Assembly: GCA_001179505.1 (NCBI GenBank)
Contig: CDMY01000613.1
Coordinates: forward strand, 1 to 64,000
Origin: Vitrella brassicaformis CCMP3155
Taxonomy: Eukaryota > Protista > Chromerida
Reading direction: 5' to 3'
Length of the DNA: 64,000 bases
The notes under the pieces are model-generated. The model was not told where the DNA came from. It worked only from the letters and a program-made list of their open reading frames with translations, and ran no database searches. Every line of letters starts with the position of its first letter. Position 1 is the stretch's first letter. Shown one piece after another: positions 1 to 12,343 of this stretch. The translations under genes were made by a program, and so were the position numbers.

Positions 1-235
1 TCTTGCCTCAAGGGACTTGGAGGAGCAAGAAGGAATACCACGAGGAGCCAAAGGCACAGAGAAACGGTGCAGATCACTGCCGAATAAAGAAAATGTGCCT
101 CTTTTGAGAACCGTCTCGAATTCTCGCCAATAAGAAATTTACACGAGCGGACCGGATGTGGCCAGCCAACGTCATCGTGTCTCCTTCGCGTGCCAGCCCA
201 CCCTTCGCAATTGCCCGTGTGTCTCAGCACATGCA

Positions 236-545
236 GGCAACGGGCCTGCAACTGCAGACAACGGGCCTGCAATACAAGCGACTTGTGCGCCAAAGCTGTC
301 CCTGCGGCCGGAAGGCTGCATGTCCGCCTGTGGGACGAGCCCCGCAGCCAGAAGGCAAGCCCTGCCACAGGGCCAGCCCTGCACTCACGGGGCCGGGCCA
401 GTGTTGCACTGGGCCAGCCCTGCAGACACAGGGCCAGCCCTGCACAGATGGCCAGCCTTGCACTCACAGGGCTGGACATCCACCTGCAGGGCTGGCCCCA
501 CGGGCAGACATGCCAGCCTTCCGGCCGCAGGGCCAGCTATGGCGC
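236..545. repeat. Imperfect ~20-21 bp tandem repeat (core GGGCCAGCCCTGCAC / ACGGGCCTGCAA)
   Basis: Repeated units such as gggccagccctgcac at 369, 411 and 431, and acgggcctgcaa at 240 and 261. The overlapping ORFs are repetitive and look non-coding. Confidence 0.7.
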
Positions 546-2649
546 ACAAGTCGCGCCTATTGTGCGGGAACGAAAGATGCAGTCCCCACTTTGGCAATGA
601 TGTAATCCCAGAGGCGCGGGGGTGGACTTTTTATACACCATGCACGAAGCTTTTGACCAGTTTCTACTTCCGTTGCACTGGGTCATGAGCCACAGGCCCG
701 CAGCGGCTGAAGGGACGAGTAGGTGTCGGGAGACATACATGCTATCATACATGCCAAAAGGTGGCTGCATGGACTGCTTCAAGTTTGTTCAGTGTTTTGC
801 CAGCGGCTTCACGACCGCTGAATGAGTCTCTAGTCTGCAAAGTGGGGAGAGACGCACCTCACTACAGGTGGAGTGACGTGTCTCCTCCCCCATAGCAAGG
901 CTGGACAACTCGGAAGCTGTCGCAAGGGGGAGCTATAGGCTTTGACATGCGGTGCGAGTATAAGTGGGCCATCAATATGAGTATACACTGTTCCAGCTTC
1001 ATGCAGGCCCTCAGCTTCAGTCACAGCTCGGTTCGTGTGCCAAGCTGGTCATGAGCGCTCATTTTATGACATTGGTTGCGCCCATTTTATGACGGACGTG
1101 TGTGTGTCTGTGTGTGTGCATGTGTGTCACTTTGTGTGTATGTGTGTCACTGTGTGTGCATGGTTGGTTGCAGTCAAATGAGTCTGTGGTTGGTTGCACT
1201 CAAATGAGTCTGTGGCGACTATCGTCTGTTGCACACTCTACCGTGCCCTGGTTCCCCACAAGTACAGCAAACGGAGGCCACGTCAGGTGGTGCGAGTAAA
1301 ATCAACTGGCGAGTAAAATCAACTGGTGCAGCGGCTCGGCACCCACCGAACAGACAAACGACGAAGTAAAAAGCCACAGAAGATCCCTGCTCGAAGACAG
1401 ACACGCCGTGTGCATTCTCGTCCCGTGTCCCTTTGTCTGGCTTGCAGCTCACCGTGAATGGCTTGCCTTTCTTCGAGAAAGAGAACGCCCAGCTCGTCCC
1501 AACCCCTCTCTCCAAAGGTCAGGACATAATGAGGGAGCCGAAGAGCTTCCTGCTTTTCCTGCAGCGATGCTGTCCTTCATCTCCGCGCGCCGTGGCAGAC
1601 GCGGGGGAGTGACGAAGAAGCACGCTGCAATGGCGACCAGCGTCGCCTCACTGTTACTTGCTCCATTTCTCGGCTGCTCTTCTATCAGCCATTCGCGTTC
1701 AACGTCCACCTTTCCAAATTCATTGGCTGGCATTGGCGTTCGTCGACAACATGCGCTCCTCTGTCGGCTGACTGAAGGAAGTGTCGGTGGCGGAGCCGAA
1801 GAAGGACGAATCAACTCTCAGCTGGCCGGCTCTTCCGCGGTGTTGCCCTCCGACTGTTGCTGTTGGCGGTCGGATGGAAGTCCTTATAAGTCGCTGCTCG
1901 GAAGTTTCTCTCTCAGCCGCTCCCCTTTATGACTTGCACACTGATTTGCTGCGGCCTCGGCCCTCCCTGACCCTGACAGGCTCCACCAGCTGCAGGCCTT
2001 GGCCGCTGCGGCTCTTGTTCCGCCACTCTTGCTACTCCATATTGCGGCTGGCTGAAAGGAGGCAATAGAGGGGCCGAAGGGCGACTGTTCAGCTCGGCAG
2101 TGCCGCAGCTGTCATCATTCGCTGTTGTCACACACTCGCCTCCGTTCTGCAGGAGCTGAGTGTCGACTGCAATGGTGGCCGCTAAGGAAGAGAGGAAGGA
2201 GGGACGGCTGGCGCCAGCCGGAGAGGAAGGGAGCTGGCAAGCTTAGCTCGCAAGTGACAAAAAAAAAGCTCTCTCACAAGGGAAAAAAGAAGCAGAGCTA
2301 CGACGCTTGCAGTGCTATCCTCCTCACCCCTTCCCTGATCTACGCCATTTCTGCCGGCGGTTGAGTCGCACCTGTGCTGCCGACACGATGATGCTGCCCT
2401 GTGCGAGATGGGATGTGCGCCGGCTCTCGTGGCTAGTGAGGCGTCCTGGGCGTGCCAGATCTGGTGCTGCTGGTGGTGCGCGGCGTGTGGTCTCCCCGAG
2501 GGACTCGCTCTCTAGCCTTGGAGCTTCGGCTCTTGCTAATATGTCCTTCGATGCCTGTCACAGCACAGTTCGGCGTTCTTACCGACGGGCAATCTTATTG
2601 GCTCCAAGTTTTTTGATCGACAGCTCGCTTTTGGGGGCAAAATCAGAAG

Positions 2650-5600
2650 ATGGGCAATTGCTGCAGTCGCTTCCCAAGAGTGACATGGGGGACGTGTGAG
2701 TGGTCGTGTTGCTGTCCACGACAGCAAGACGACCACTCACACGTGCCCCATGTCGCTGAGGCCAAGGCAGAGCCCCCGGCTGAGACCAAGGAGCAAGCCA
2801 AGGAGAAAGAGAACGCCAAGGCTGTTGAGGAGGCCCTACATGCTCCTGCGGCTGAGGAGGCCAGGAAGGCACCCGAGGCACCCGAGGAGCCCAAGAAAGA
2901 GCCCCCAGCCGAGGAGGGAGAGGTGGCCGAGCCCTCAGCGCCACAGGAGGAGGGCCCACCCGAGCAGCAGGAGGAGGCAATGGTTGTGGAGAAGAAGGAA
3001 GAGCAGAAGGAGACATCGGAGACCAAGTCGGAGAGGTGCGACGAGGAGACCTCCCCCGAGGAGCCGCCGGCAGGGGTCAAGAGCCGGGCGCCCGACATGA
3101 AGGAGACCAAGGATGAACAGTAAGTGCACATGACACACAGTGTGCAACACAGCACACTGTACCACGACGTCATTCTGTCTGTCTGCCTGCCTGTCTGTCT
3201 GTCTGTCTGTGTAGGAACGAGGCGGTGTTGCTTACGTTGAAGGGCATTTTGGACGAGCTGACGACCGTAACGTTCGACCGGCTCTACCAACAGATACTCG
3301 ACGCTGGAATCACTCAAAACTCTGAGGTGAGTCGGCGAGGGAGTCAGGAAGAGGCAGGGAGGTCCCGTGTGTGTGTTTGTGGATGCATGTCATGTGTGTG
3401 TCGATCAGATTGAGTCGCTCGTGGGGATGGTCTTTGAGAAGGCCACCACGCAGCACGACTTCATTGAGGTGCCCACCCACCCACACACACACACTCTGTC
3501 TGTCTGTCTGTCTGTGTCATCGATCAATCAGATGTATTCGCAGCTGTGTGTGCGTCTGAAGGACGATCTGAAGGCCATCATGGACCAGGGGGGCCAGGGG
3601 GACAAGGCCGACGGAAACAAGGAGGGCACAGAAGAGGACAAGGAGTTCAGAAGGTGTGCACTACACTCATCCATTCTTGCAAGTGTCTTCTCCGTGGTTA
3701 TGCGTGTGTGTGTGTGTGCGTGTGTCGTCGCAGGGTGCTGTTGAATCGGTGTCAGGAGTCGTTTGAGAAGTACCTTAAGCCGCCTGACAATCTCAAGGAC
3801 CTCACGGGTACCCTCCCACGCCCACCTGTCCAGAGCTCCATCCATTCACTCACCATAAACGGCCCTCGGCCATCTCCATGCCATGTGTTGTGTCGGTGCA
3901 GGTGGCGCTTTCGCGGTGGCTTACTTCGATTCTTACTACCAGATGCTCGGCAATTTCAAGTTCGTGGGTACGTGGATGCCACACCTTCGTTGACGCAGCA
4001 GACACGCACACACACAGCTCACCTCTCTCTCTCTGTCTCTCTCTGTCTCTCTCCCTCTCTGTATGTGTGTGGTGCAGGTCAGTTGATGATGGATGGTATG
4101 TTGAGCGCCAAGGCGCTCTTTGTGTACCTCGACGAGCTCTGGGACCACGGCGAGAAGCAGGGCAAACAGGGAGAGGCACAACTCGTAAGATACCGACGCA
4201 CACACAGAGCACCCTCCATCCATCCATCCATACCTCGGTGTGTATGTGTGTGTGCAGGAGTGCGTGTGCACCTTCCTCAAGACCATCGGCCCCGTATACA
4301 ACATGGCGCAATACGTGAGCAGCCACCCTTACACAACATATCTACTGGCCATCTGCCCCTTCATGCATCTGTGTGTGTGTGTGTGTGCCATCCATCCATC
4401 GACCCATCGATGCAATGGAACCAGCGAGCGGATCTGCAGCAGTGGTTCCACAAGCTAGCGGAGAAGTCGCGCGACGCAACCCTCGGCAAACGTGTTAGGC
4501 GCCTCATGAAGGTACGTGTGCGTCCGCACCGAGGCAGACAGACAGACAGAGGCGCCATAGACAGAAGATTGTATGTCTGTGTGCATGTTTGGCTATGTTG
4601 GCTGGTTGGCTATGGTGGTTGGTCGTAGGATGTGTTGGATCTGCGAACCGACGGTTGGCGCCAGGTGGTGAAGCCGGGCAAGGTGCAGGGCCCCTCCAAG
4701 CTGAGGGACATCCACAGACAACACGTCGAGGAGGAGGGAGAGAACATCGAACTCAGAAACTAAACCTGGTGCGATTGCCCCTGCCCCCAAGACACACAAT
4801 CATCTCTCTGTGTGTGTGTCTGTGTGTGCAGGAGTCGCGCGGGTTGGCTCCCCCATCGGAGGAGGGTGTGTTGCCGACCCCCAGCGCTGGCCCCAAGCCC
4901 CCCGCCGCCGCTGCTGCTGCTTCTGCCAGTGTAGGCGAGACAACATAAGACAACACACCGCATTTTCTTGCCGATGAGTGTCACGTTAGTGTGTCTCTCC
5001 ATCTCTCTCTGTTGTGTTCGTCAGTCATCCCGTCCCCAGGAGGCCTCTCGCGTCCAATCCGGCACCCCCGGGCAGCCAACCAGGTACTGTATGGCCCGCG
5101 CACCGCGTCCATGCGCCTCGGCACTTGTGTCCCGCTACTGTACCTGCAACCACCGGATGCCTTTCTGTCCGTGTCTGTTCTGTGCAGTGTGATAACGTCC
5201 CGCCGTGTGATCAAGGGCAGCGACCTGCGGGGCGATCGCGACGACGAGCGGCGGGAGAGGCGGCAGCGTCGCGAGCGCGAGAAGGAGGAGATGGCCAGGG
5301 GCACTGCCACCACCCCCACACCCCCGCCCACGCAGCCAACGGCCGCTGACGAGAGGTCCACGTCACCAACAGCTGCAGCAACAGCAGCAACAGCAGCGGG
5401 GGGTGGTGCAGAGGAGGGGACGAGCCCTCAGCCTGCGCCAGCGGCCCCTACTGATGAGGACCGGGTAAGGCAAAGAGGCCGGCAGGTGATGAGGTGGATT
5501 CTTCATTCCTTTCTCTGTTGGCTAATGTGGGCGTGGTTCGGTCGTCATGTCAGCAGGATTTGGCCACGCCCGTGGGCGCCACCAACAACCGCGAGGCCAC

Positions 5601-6369
5601 CATCCACCTCAAGTCGATCCTCGGCATAGGGAGAAGGGACCTTCATGACGGCGAGGAGTCGTCGGTGGCTGGCGAGGGAAAGGGCCGCAAGGCGTGGGCG
5701 GACGTGAGCGACGACGAGGACGTCCTGCCGCAGCACCACCAGCACCGCGGCGAGAGTGGAACCCCGCAAAGGCGTGACGGTATGTCTGTGGGCGAGTTCA
5801 TCGATGGACACAGCCTGGTCGATCCCTCGTGTGTGCGTGTGGCTTGCTTGGTGCAGAGGAGGACGAGAAGGAGGAGGAGCGCTGTGGCGAGCGAAAGCGT
5901 GGCGGTGGCGGCGATCGGCCCTCTCGTCCGCCGGGCAGGGACAGATACGACGAGCATGACGACAGACGTGAGTCGAGTCGAGTCGAGAGAGTGACACACA
6001 CACATTCATTCATTCAGACACTCATACGACGACACGCAGACACAGACACGGCCAGGCGTCACATGATCTGGTGTGTGTGCAGGTCGTGGCGGTGGAGGTG
6101 GCGGTCGCGGCCCTCGCCCGCCGCTGGGGAGGGAGAGGTACCCGCCCGTCCCGGCAGCCGTAAGCAGTGTGATCCATCCATCCATCCATCGAGTGGTTCG
6201 TGTGTTGGTTGGTCAGTATAAAGGCCCGTATGGCCTTATCCTCGACAACATCCACTACGAGGCCACCAAACGCGACGTGGAAGTCTTCCTTACACCTTGC
6301 AGAGTCAGACAGACAGCACAGCACAGCCACCCATACAACCCTCCCTCCCACGCCCACCTTGTCTGTGCA

Positions 6370-6403
<34 letters not shown>

Positions 6404-6931
6404 TGTGTGCCGTGTGTGCGTGTGTGGCTGTGCAGGTGGACCACATGATGTTGGAAGCCGACCATCGCAACCCTGTCAAGAACCTCGGCAGATGTGAGCG
6501 ACCACACACATGCACACACCCCCAGGCGCCTCACCGCCTTGTCACATGTCGCGCACACTCAGGTTACGTCCAGTTCGACAACCGTCGCGACTTTGAGGAG
6601 GCATGGACATACGAAGGCCGGGTGGGTGCGGACACACTCACACACAATCTTCAATCAGACGCAGGCACACACTGCCTCCATCCATGTGTTTCAGATGATG
6701 CTGGGTCGGAGAATCCGCATCAGCACCGCCGACGAGATGAAATACGCCGTCGGCGGCCGACTGGACCCAGCAGCCGCAATCCGCTGCAACGACAACAACA
6801 CTACCACCAGCAGCACCACGAGAGGCCGAGGGCGGGCCAACGGGGCCTTGTTGCAGAGGACGCCCAATGGCAGAGGAGGGAGAGAGGGGCGCGGCCGAGG
6901 TCAGAAATACATACACAAACCAGATAGATGA
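2650..6931 (+). CDS. Multi-exon MIF4G-domain (eIF4G-like) protein with N-terminal MGNCC acylation motif and C-terminal RRM (eIF4B/eIF4H-like); one -1 frame break near 4735
   Basis: Spliced exons give LKGILDELTTVTFDRLYQQI, VGMVFEKATTQHDFIEMYSQLC, MLGNFKFVGQL, RVRRLMKDVLDLRTDGW and GPSKLRDIH, typical of eIF4G middle domains. The RRM is LILDNIHYEATKRDVEVFL...GYVQFDNRRDFEEAWTYEGRMMLGRRIRISTAD. GT-AG introns are phase-consistent from 4832 to 6931. Confidence 0.8.
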
Positions 6932-8301
6932 CAACCAAAACACCAGCTTAACCGCATTGCATTGCTTGCTGTGTGTTTTTGCCGTTGCTGTGTGTGCAGC
7001 CTGGCCGGGAAGAGAGTAAGGGTATTTCTATGTGTGTGTAGTGGATTGATTTGTCGCGTTGATACCTAATCTTTCTCTTTGTTGCCTAGTCAGTGCCTGG
7101 CTCCTTGCCCGCATCGCCCGCCTGTTTTGCGTGTTTTGCTCACCTACCTTTGCCTGACCCTGACTGTGGCCGTGGCGTGGCTATTTGCTGCATCCTTCCG
7201 GTGCCGGCATCCCATCCTCCTTCCTTACCTCCTGTTGGCCTGCCTGCCTGGGTGTGTGTGTTATTTGCCGGCCAGTCAGTTACATCGTATCAGTAGAGGG
7301 TGAGTGCCACTATTGATTGAATATATATGTTGAAACGAACAAACGGGTCTCTCTGTCTGCCTGTGTGTTTGCGTCTTGGTGGGGGCGTGGCGGGTGTCTG
7401 TGTCTGTGTGGCCGGATGGATGGAGTGGTGTACTTGAGTGTCTTTGTTGCGCCGCGGGCAGGGCTCCATCCCTCTCCCTCTACCTCTCTTGCCTACGCCC
7501 GCGTCTGTTGAGTGCAATACGTGCCAGTCCATTGAGTCCGTGACACAGACAGCCAGACACACAAACAAACAGACAGACAGACAGACAGAGGGGTGCCGTC
7601 CCATTGTAGCTACCCATACAGACAGACACCCACACGCCCGTATGCCACACCACGCCACACCATGCACCGAACCAGCCAGGCAGCCGCTCGAGAGGCATTA
7701 GGTGGATGTCGTCTGTCTGGTGTGTTTGTGTGTGATGTGAATGGTGTGGTGTGTCGTGTTGTGCTGTATTGTATTGTATTGTGCTGTGCTGCATAGGACG
7801 TTCCTTCCTTCATGCGCGCGTGTGTGAATGGCTGGTTGCCTTGCCCTGCCCTGCCTGTCTGCGTATGGATGGATGCCTGTTTGCTTGTGCCGTTTGCCTG
7901 TGATCTGGGTGTCTGGCTGTCTTGTTGTCTTGCTAGTATTTCTCGACTTCTTTGCTTTGATTGGATGTGTCTGACTAATCTTTCTGGACATCTCAACAAT
8001 AATGTTTCGGCCGCCTGATAAGTATGATTCACGTTGAGGTCAACAAAGACAACATTGCCAACCACACACAGGAAACATAAATGCAGGCAGCAAATCATAG
8101 TCATGGTCAGCGAAAACACCACGTGTGGACGCATTCGTGTCCCTACCGACGATACTTTACAGACACATCCTGCCTGCCTGTCTGCCTGTCTGCCTGTCGA
8201 TGGATCTTTCTGCGCGCATCTCCACTCCATCGTCGGACCACGCCGCAGTCTGTAAGTGCCCCCCACCGACAGCAGCAGACGGCCGGCGGTTTTGTATGTG
8301 G

Positions 8302-9123
8302 TCATGCTACATCTCTCCACAAGTTGGTGGACTTCTTGTCCGTGTCGACGCCATGCACAACTATGCTGCTCACACATCACACACACAGTTATCATGCCGT
8401 TTGTTTGCCTCACGTGTGGTGGTTCGCTTCTCTCACCTGAACGCAGCGCTGCCGAGGACGGCCGTGGCAAAAAAGTTGGCCGACTCACGACCAACTACCG
8501 AACTGCACACATACACACACGCACCAGACAGCACCACTTGCAGACCTTTCGTCTGTGTGTGTGAGAGTGTGTGTGGCGGTTTTCTCCCTCACACGAGTGC
8601 GCCGGCCACAGCCCCTCCAGTGCCGGCGTCCAGCGGGTAGGGCACCCCGATGCGCCGCAGCGCACACGACATGAACGACGTCACAACTGAACCAACGCAC
8701 ACAGCCAACCGTCCATCAGACACACACGGAGAGAATCCGACAATAAAGCAGCCTGGCTTCCCTGTACTGAGACCGTGTGTGTGTGGCTGTTGGATGGACA
8801 GATGACTTACAGCACCAAGATCCAAAGTACAGGGCGGTCTTGCCCGTCAGCAGACTCCGACGACCAATCCACCGCACGCCGCGCAACACTGACGAGTGCG
8901 GCCAAATGTTGCCCGAAGAGGGCGGCCGAGATGCTGACGCGCCTGCACTCGGCTGCTGATGAGTGGGAGTGGCACTGCTGCTGCTGCGAGGTTTGCGCTT
9001 GGGTGTGTTGAGTTCTTTGGCGAATAGAATGCCGAAGACTGTGCCCGATACGATGCCGCGGAAGAAGGACTCGACGCTGCCGTCCAGACAGGCCACCTCG
9101 GGCGGCACCACCACCAGCGACAT
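8302..9123 (-). CDS. Small membrane protein, probable Tim17/Tim22/Tim23-family member (4 exons)
   Basis: CLDGSVESFFRGIVSGTVFGILF, KTALYFGSW, SFMSCALRRIG, DAGTGGAVAGAL: Gly-rich TM segments in the Tim17-family arrangement. The spliced model ends NLWRDVA*. Confidence 0.5.
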
Positions 9124-9639
9124 CGATTCGATGGACAGACAGAAGATGAGATGGATGAGGAGATGAGATGAGGAGATGAGATCTTAACTCACTGCCGATT
9201 TCTCACTGCCCGCTGCAGGACGGAGGATGTCATGTTAATGATCTCTCGCTGGGGAAGGATTTTTCTCAAGGGAAAGGGCCAGATGCCAAGCTCGCAATGG
9301 AAGGGGCAAAGAACTCGTTGAGAATGCAAACTCACGGTATCTGGTCTGGTATCCGGTGCAGTCGGCAGAGAGAGTGCTGATATACACATAGGCAGACAGA
9401 TATGCACATTCATTCGTGATGTGATTGATTATGGAGAGTCACGTTGTCACTGGCAGGCAAGCAGGGAAGCAGGCAGGCAGGCCCTTCATTGGCTCGCGTA
9501 TGACTGACTGACTGAGTGACTGTACATCGACAGACTGACACGAGCGAACACTCCACTTGCGGATCAGTCATTGGCACGCAGATCGATGCAGCGCATCAAG
9601 CAATACATGCGCTGGCTGGCTGGCTGGCTGGCTGGCCAA

Positions 9640-10450
9640 TCAGAGGTAGCCGTCCGGATACCGCCACCTCTTCAACATCTGATTGTACCTGAAGGCAGCC
9701 CAGCCACACACACACACACACACACTGACCGGCCATGTGGTGGATTTGCCGTCGTGTGTCGTTCTTTCTCCTCGCCTGCATGTCCGCAGCGGTACGCCAG
9801 CCTTCTTGCGGCACTGGTTCTCAATCATGCACAGCCACATCATCAACTCGTGACGCGTTGACACCCTGAGAATGCAACCAACACGGCGGAACACATGGTC
9901 ATGACGCATTTCCTGTGCTCGGAAGTGTGCATTTCCCTCCCTCTCTGTGAGACGACCTTACCTTGGCGGGAACTGCTTGACGGCCTCTTTATAGCACTTT
10001 GCCGCCGGCCCCTCTGTACACTGGTCTGGGAAGTAGCGAAAGAACACGGCACTGTCCCGCTGCTGCTGCTCGCTCGGCCTTTCGTCCGTGTAGGCAGCAA
10101 ACGTCCACAGCTGACAAAACACACAACACACAACACACAGGCCTGACAGCAAATTTTCCCTCTTCTCCCTCCCTCACCAGCAGCCACTGTGCGTTGCACA
10201 GATCTGTGGGCTTGTTGGTGAACTCACAAAAGTGCATCACTGGCACCGAGGGCTTCTTGTCGGCCCGTGCTTGGGGTGATCCATCTGCTGATGCTGATGC
10301 CGATGCTGCAGCGGCGTCCGACTCGCGCGACGACTCAGATCTCGTCTGCGGGGCTGCTGGCGAGGAAGCTGAAGCGGATTCTCCTGGTGAAGTGGATGTG
10401 CTGGGTGTAGCCACCGCATCAGCGGATCCACGCGATGACTCATTGCCCAT
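9640..10450 (-). CDS. Erv1/ALR sulfhydryl-oxidase-fold protein, degenerate active site, N-terminal MG
   Basis: Spliced WLLLWTFAAY...YFPDQCTEGPAAKCYKEAVKQFPPRVSTRHELMMWLCMIENQCRKKAGVPLRTCRYNQMLKRWR matches the Erv pattern (PP.V.SR.EL..W.C..HN.VN..LGKP..C...RW), with the CX16C pair retained. Confidence 0.7.
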
Positions 10451-10466
10451 TTCCCTCCGGGAGAAA

Positions 10467-10492
10467 AGCTCGCAGCATTTGCGAGCTTAGCC
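10467..10492. promoter_or_regulatory. Candidate bidirectional promoter element: inverted pair AGCTCGCA-N5-TGCGAGCT(TAGCC)
   Basis: Lies in the 109-nt gap between the divergent ATGs at 10450 and 10560. The same 8-mer recurs upstream of six other genes. Confidence 0.55.
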
Positions 10493-10559
10493 GAAAGAGC
10501 CGCAAAGAGCAAAGAAAGAGCGTTCCTTCCAACTCATCATTCGTCTCACCGATAACGTC

Positions 10560-11689
10560 ATGCTTCTGTCGGTTCTGCTGATCTGCGTCGGCGGCGTGTC
10601 TGCCGTCGACAATGTCAATGAAGGTCCCAGCCTGTTCCTGAAGCAGGCCAGCGGTGCGGGTGAGGGCATCGCTGACTACCAGGTGAACCCCCTCCAGGCT
10701 TTCCCCATGCCTCAGCTCAGCAACCCCTTTGGACGGGTCGACACGGTCAAGGAGCTGATCACTGAGAAATACCTGGGCAGATGGTGAGTGACCCCACAAA
10801 CACAACACGGACGCACGCACATGCGCATGCACACGCATGTGTTCTGATTGGGGCTCGGTGTTGTGTGTGTCTTTCCCTCTCTATCGTTGTGTGTATGTGT
10901 GTGCGTGCGTGTGTGTGCGTGTGTGTGCGTCAGGTACCTGATGTATGGGAGTGTGGCCTCTCAGATCATCACTGGCAACCTGGACTGCCAGACGGCCGAC
11001 TACTCGATGCGCATGGACGAGAGGATCGGCGTCGTCAACACGGGCGTCGACCGGGACGGCAAGCTCACACAGATCAAAGGATACGCATACACACCCGACC
11101 CCAACGAACCCGGCGCCCTCAAGTCAGTCAGCACACTCACGCACACGCACACACATGCACACACATGAGGTCGCGCTGATGTCTGTCTGTGTAGGGTGTC
11201 GCTGGGCGGTGTGCCTGTGGATGGGGACTACGACATAGTGCAGCTGGGTCCGTTTGGCAGCGACGGCAAGTACGAGTGGGCGATTGTGACGGATGAATTT
11301 GAGGTGTCGCTGTTTGTCCTGGGGAGAGACGTTCAGACCTTCAAAGACACCTTCGAGAAGGATGTATGTGAGCAGGCAGACACACAAACCAAACCAAACC
11401 AGCTTACACACTACACTCTCACCCTTCGCCGTGTGTGTGTCTGTGTGTCTAGGTGCTCGATGCGTGTGCGACTCTCGGCTTCACCAGGTAAGTCTGTCTG
11501 TCCATCTTCGGTCGCCTCTTCCATTGCATGCACTCCTGGAGCCTGCCGCACAACCAACTCGTATGTATGTTATGGCTATGGCTGCACAGGCCGTGGAACA
11601 GGCCCATCCCTATCAAGCAAGGTTCGGGATGCGAGTACGCGCCACTGCCGCCACCCGAGGGGGCGGAGGGCGGACAGATGTACGTCTGA
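10560..11689 (+). CDS. Secreted lipocalin (ApoD/Blc-like)
   Basis: Signal peptide MLLSVLLICVGGVSA; SCR1 motif KYLGRWY; YDIVQLGP...YEWAIVTD; LFVLGRD; C-terminal PWNRPIPIKQGSGCEY in the last exon. Confidence 0.85.
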
Positions 11690-12343
11690 CAAACGAAGCG
11701 AGCCAGCCACAAACATGTGCCGGCCGGACTGTATACGTGCTGGGTGGTAAGGTGTGTAAATATGTATGTGGAGGGGAGCGGGAGTGTGAGTGGTGGAGGG
11801 GAGGGGGGTCGCATATATCGGTTTTTTGTTGCTGCTAGTGAGTGATAGGCTTTGTGCGTCATGAACGAATGGCGTGACGAGAGAGAGGCAGTCAGGAGGA
11901 GGAAGGCTCGGGTGACAGACAATTGCTGGCTTGACCTGAAGGGCCGGCCTTTAACGCCCCTGTTTGTTTCTTCGGCTGCGTGCGCACTCGTTTGGTTGAT
12001 GCCCACCTATATAGGTGTATGTGTTGAAGGTCGAGGGCACTCTTGGCAGCTCAGCTGACCCGCTGGCCGCTTTTGTGTGTTGGTCACGTGACCTTTGGAC
12101 ACCACACCTGCCTGTGGTTTAGTCACATCCATGCGCACAGATCCGTTCCGGTCGACGCAAAGCTTACAAACACACACATCTATATCTCTCACCCGAGTGG
12201 AGAAAAGGTAGGTCTCTGTCCACACACGACATCACACAGCATCACACCACTCGCACAGGCAGCCACCTCGACCTCGTGGCTGCCCCCCTCCCTCCCTCTC
12301 CACTCGTTCACCTCTCCATCTCCTTATCTCAATATCTCTTTGT

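Noticed and set aside
1400-2600. Possible minus-strand gene divergent from the MIF4G gene
   Set aside because: Only short ORFs with no recognisable domain or consistent splice chain; cannot be supported.
7610-8494. 294-aa minus-strand ORF and many other ORFs rich in VCVC/THTH/DRQT
   Set aside because: Products of intronic or intergenic microsatellites and off-frame exon reading; no coherent domain.
9693-9776. Apparent GC-AG intron in the Erv-like gene
   Set aside because: GC-AG introns are a common minor class; not notable alone.
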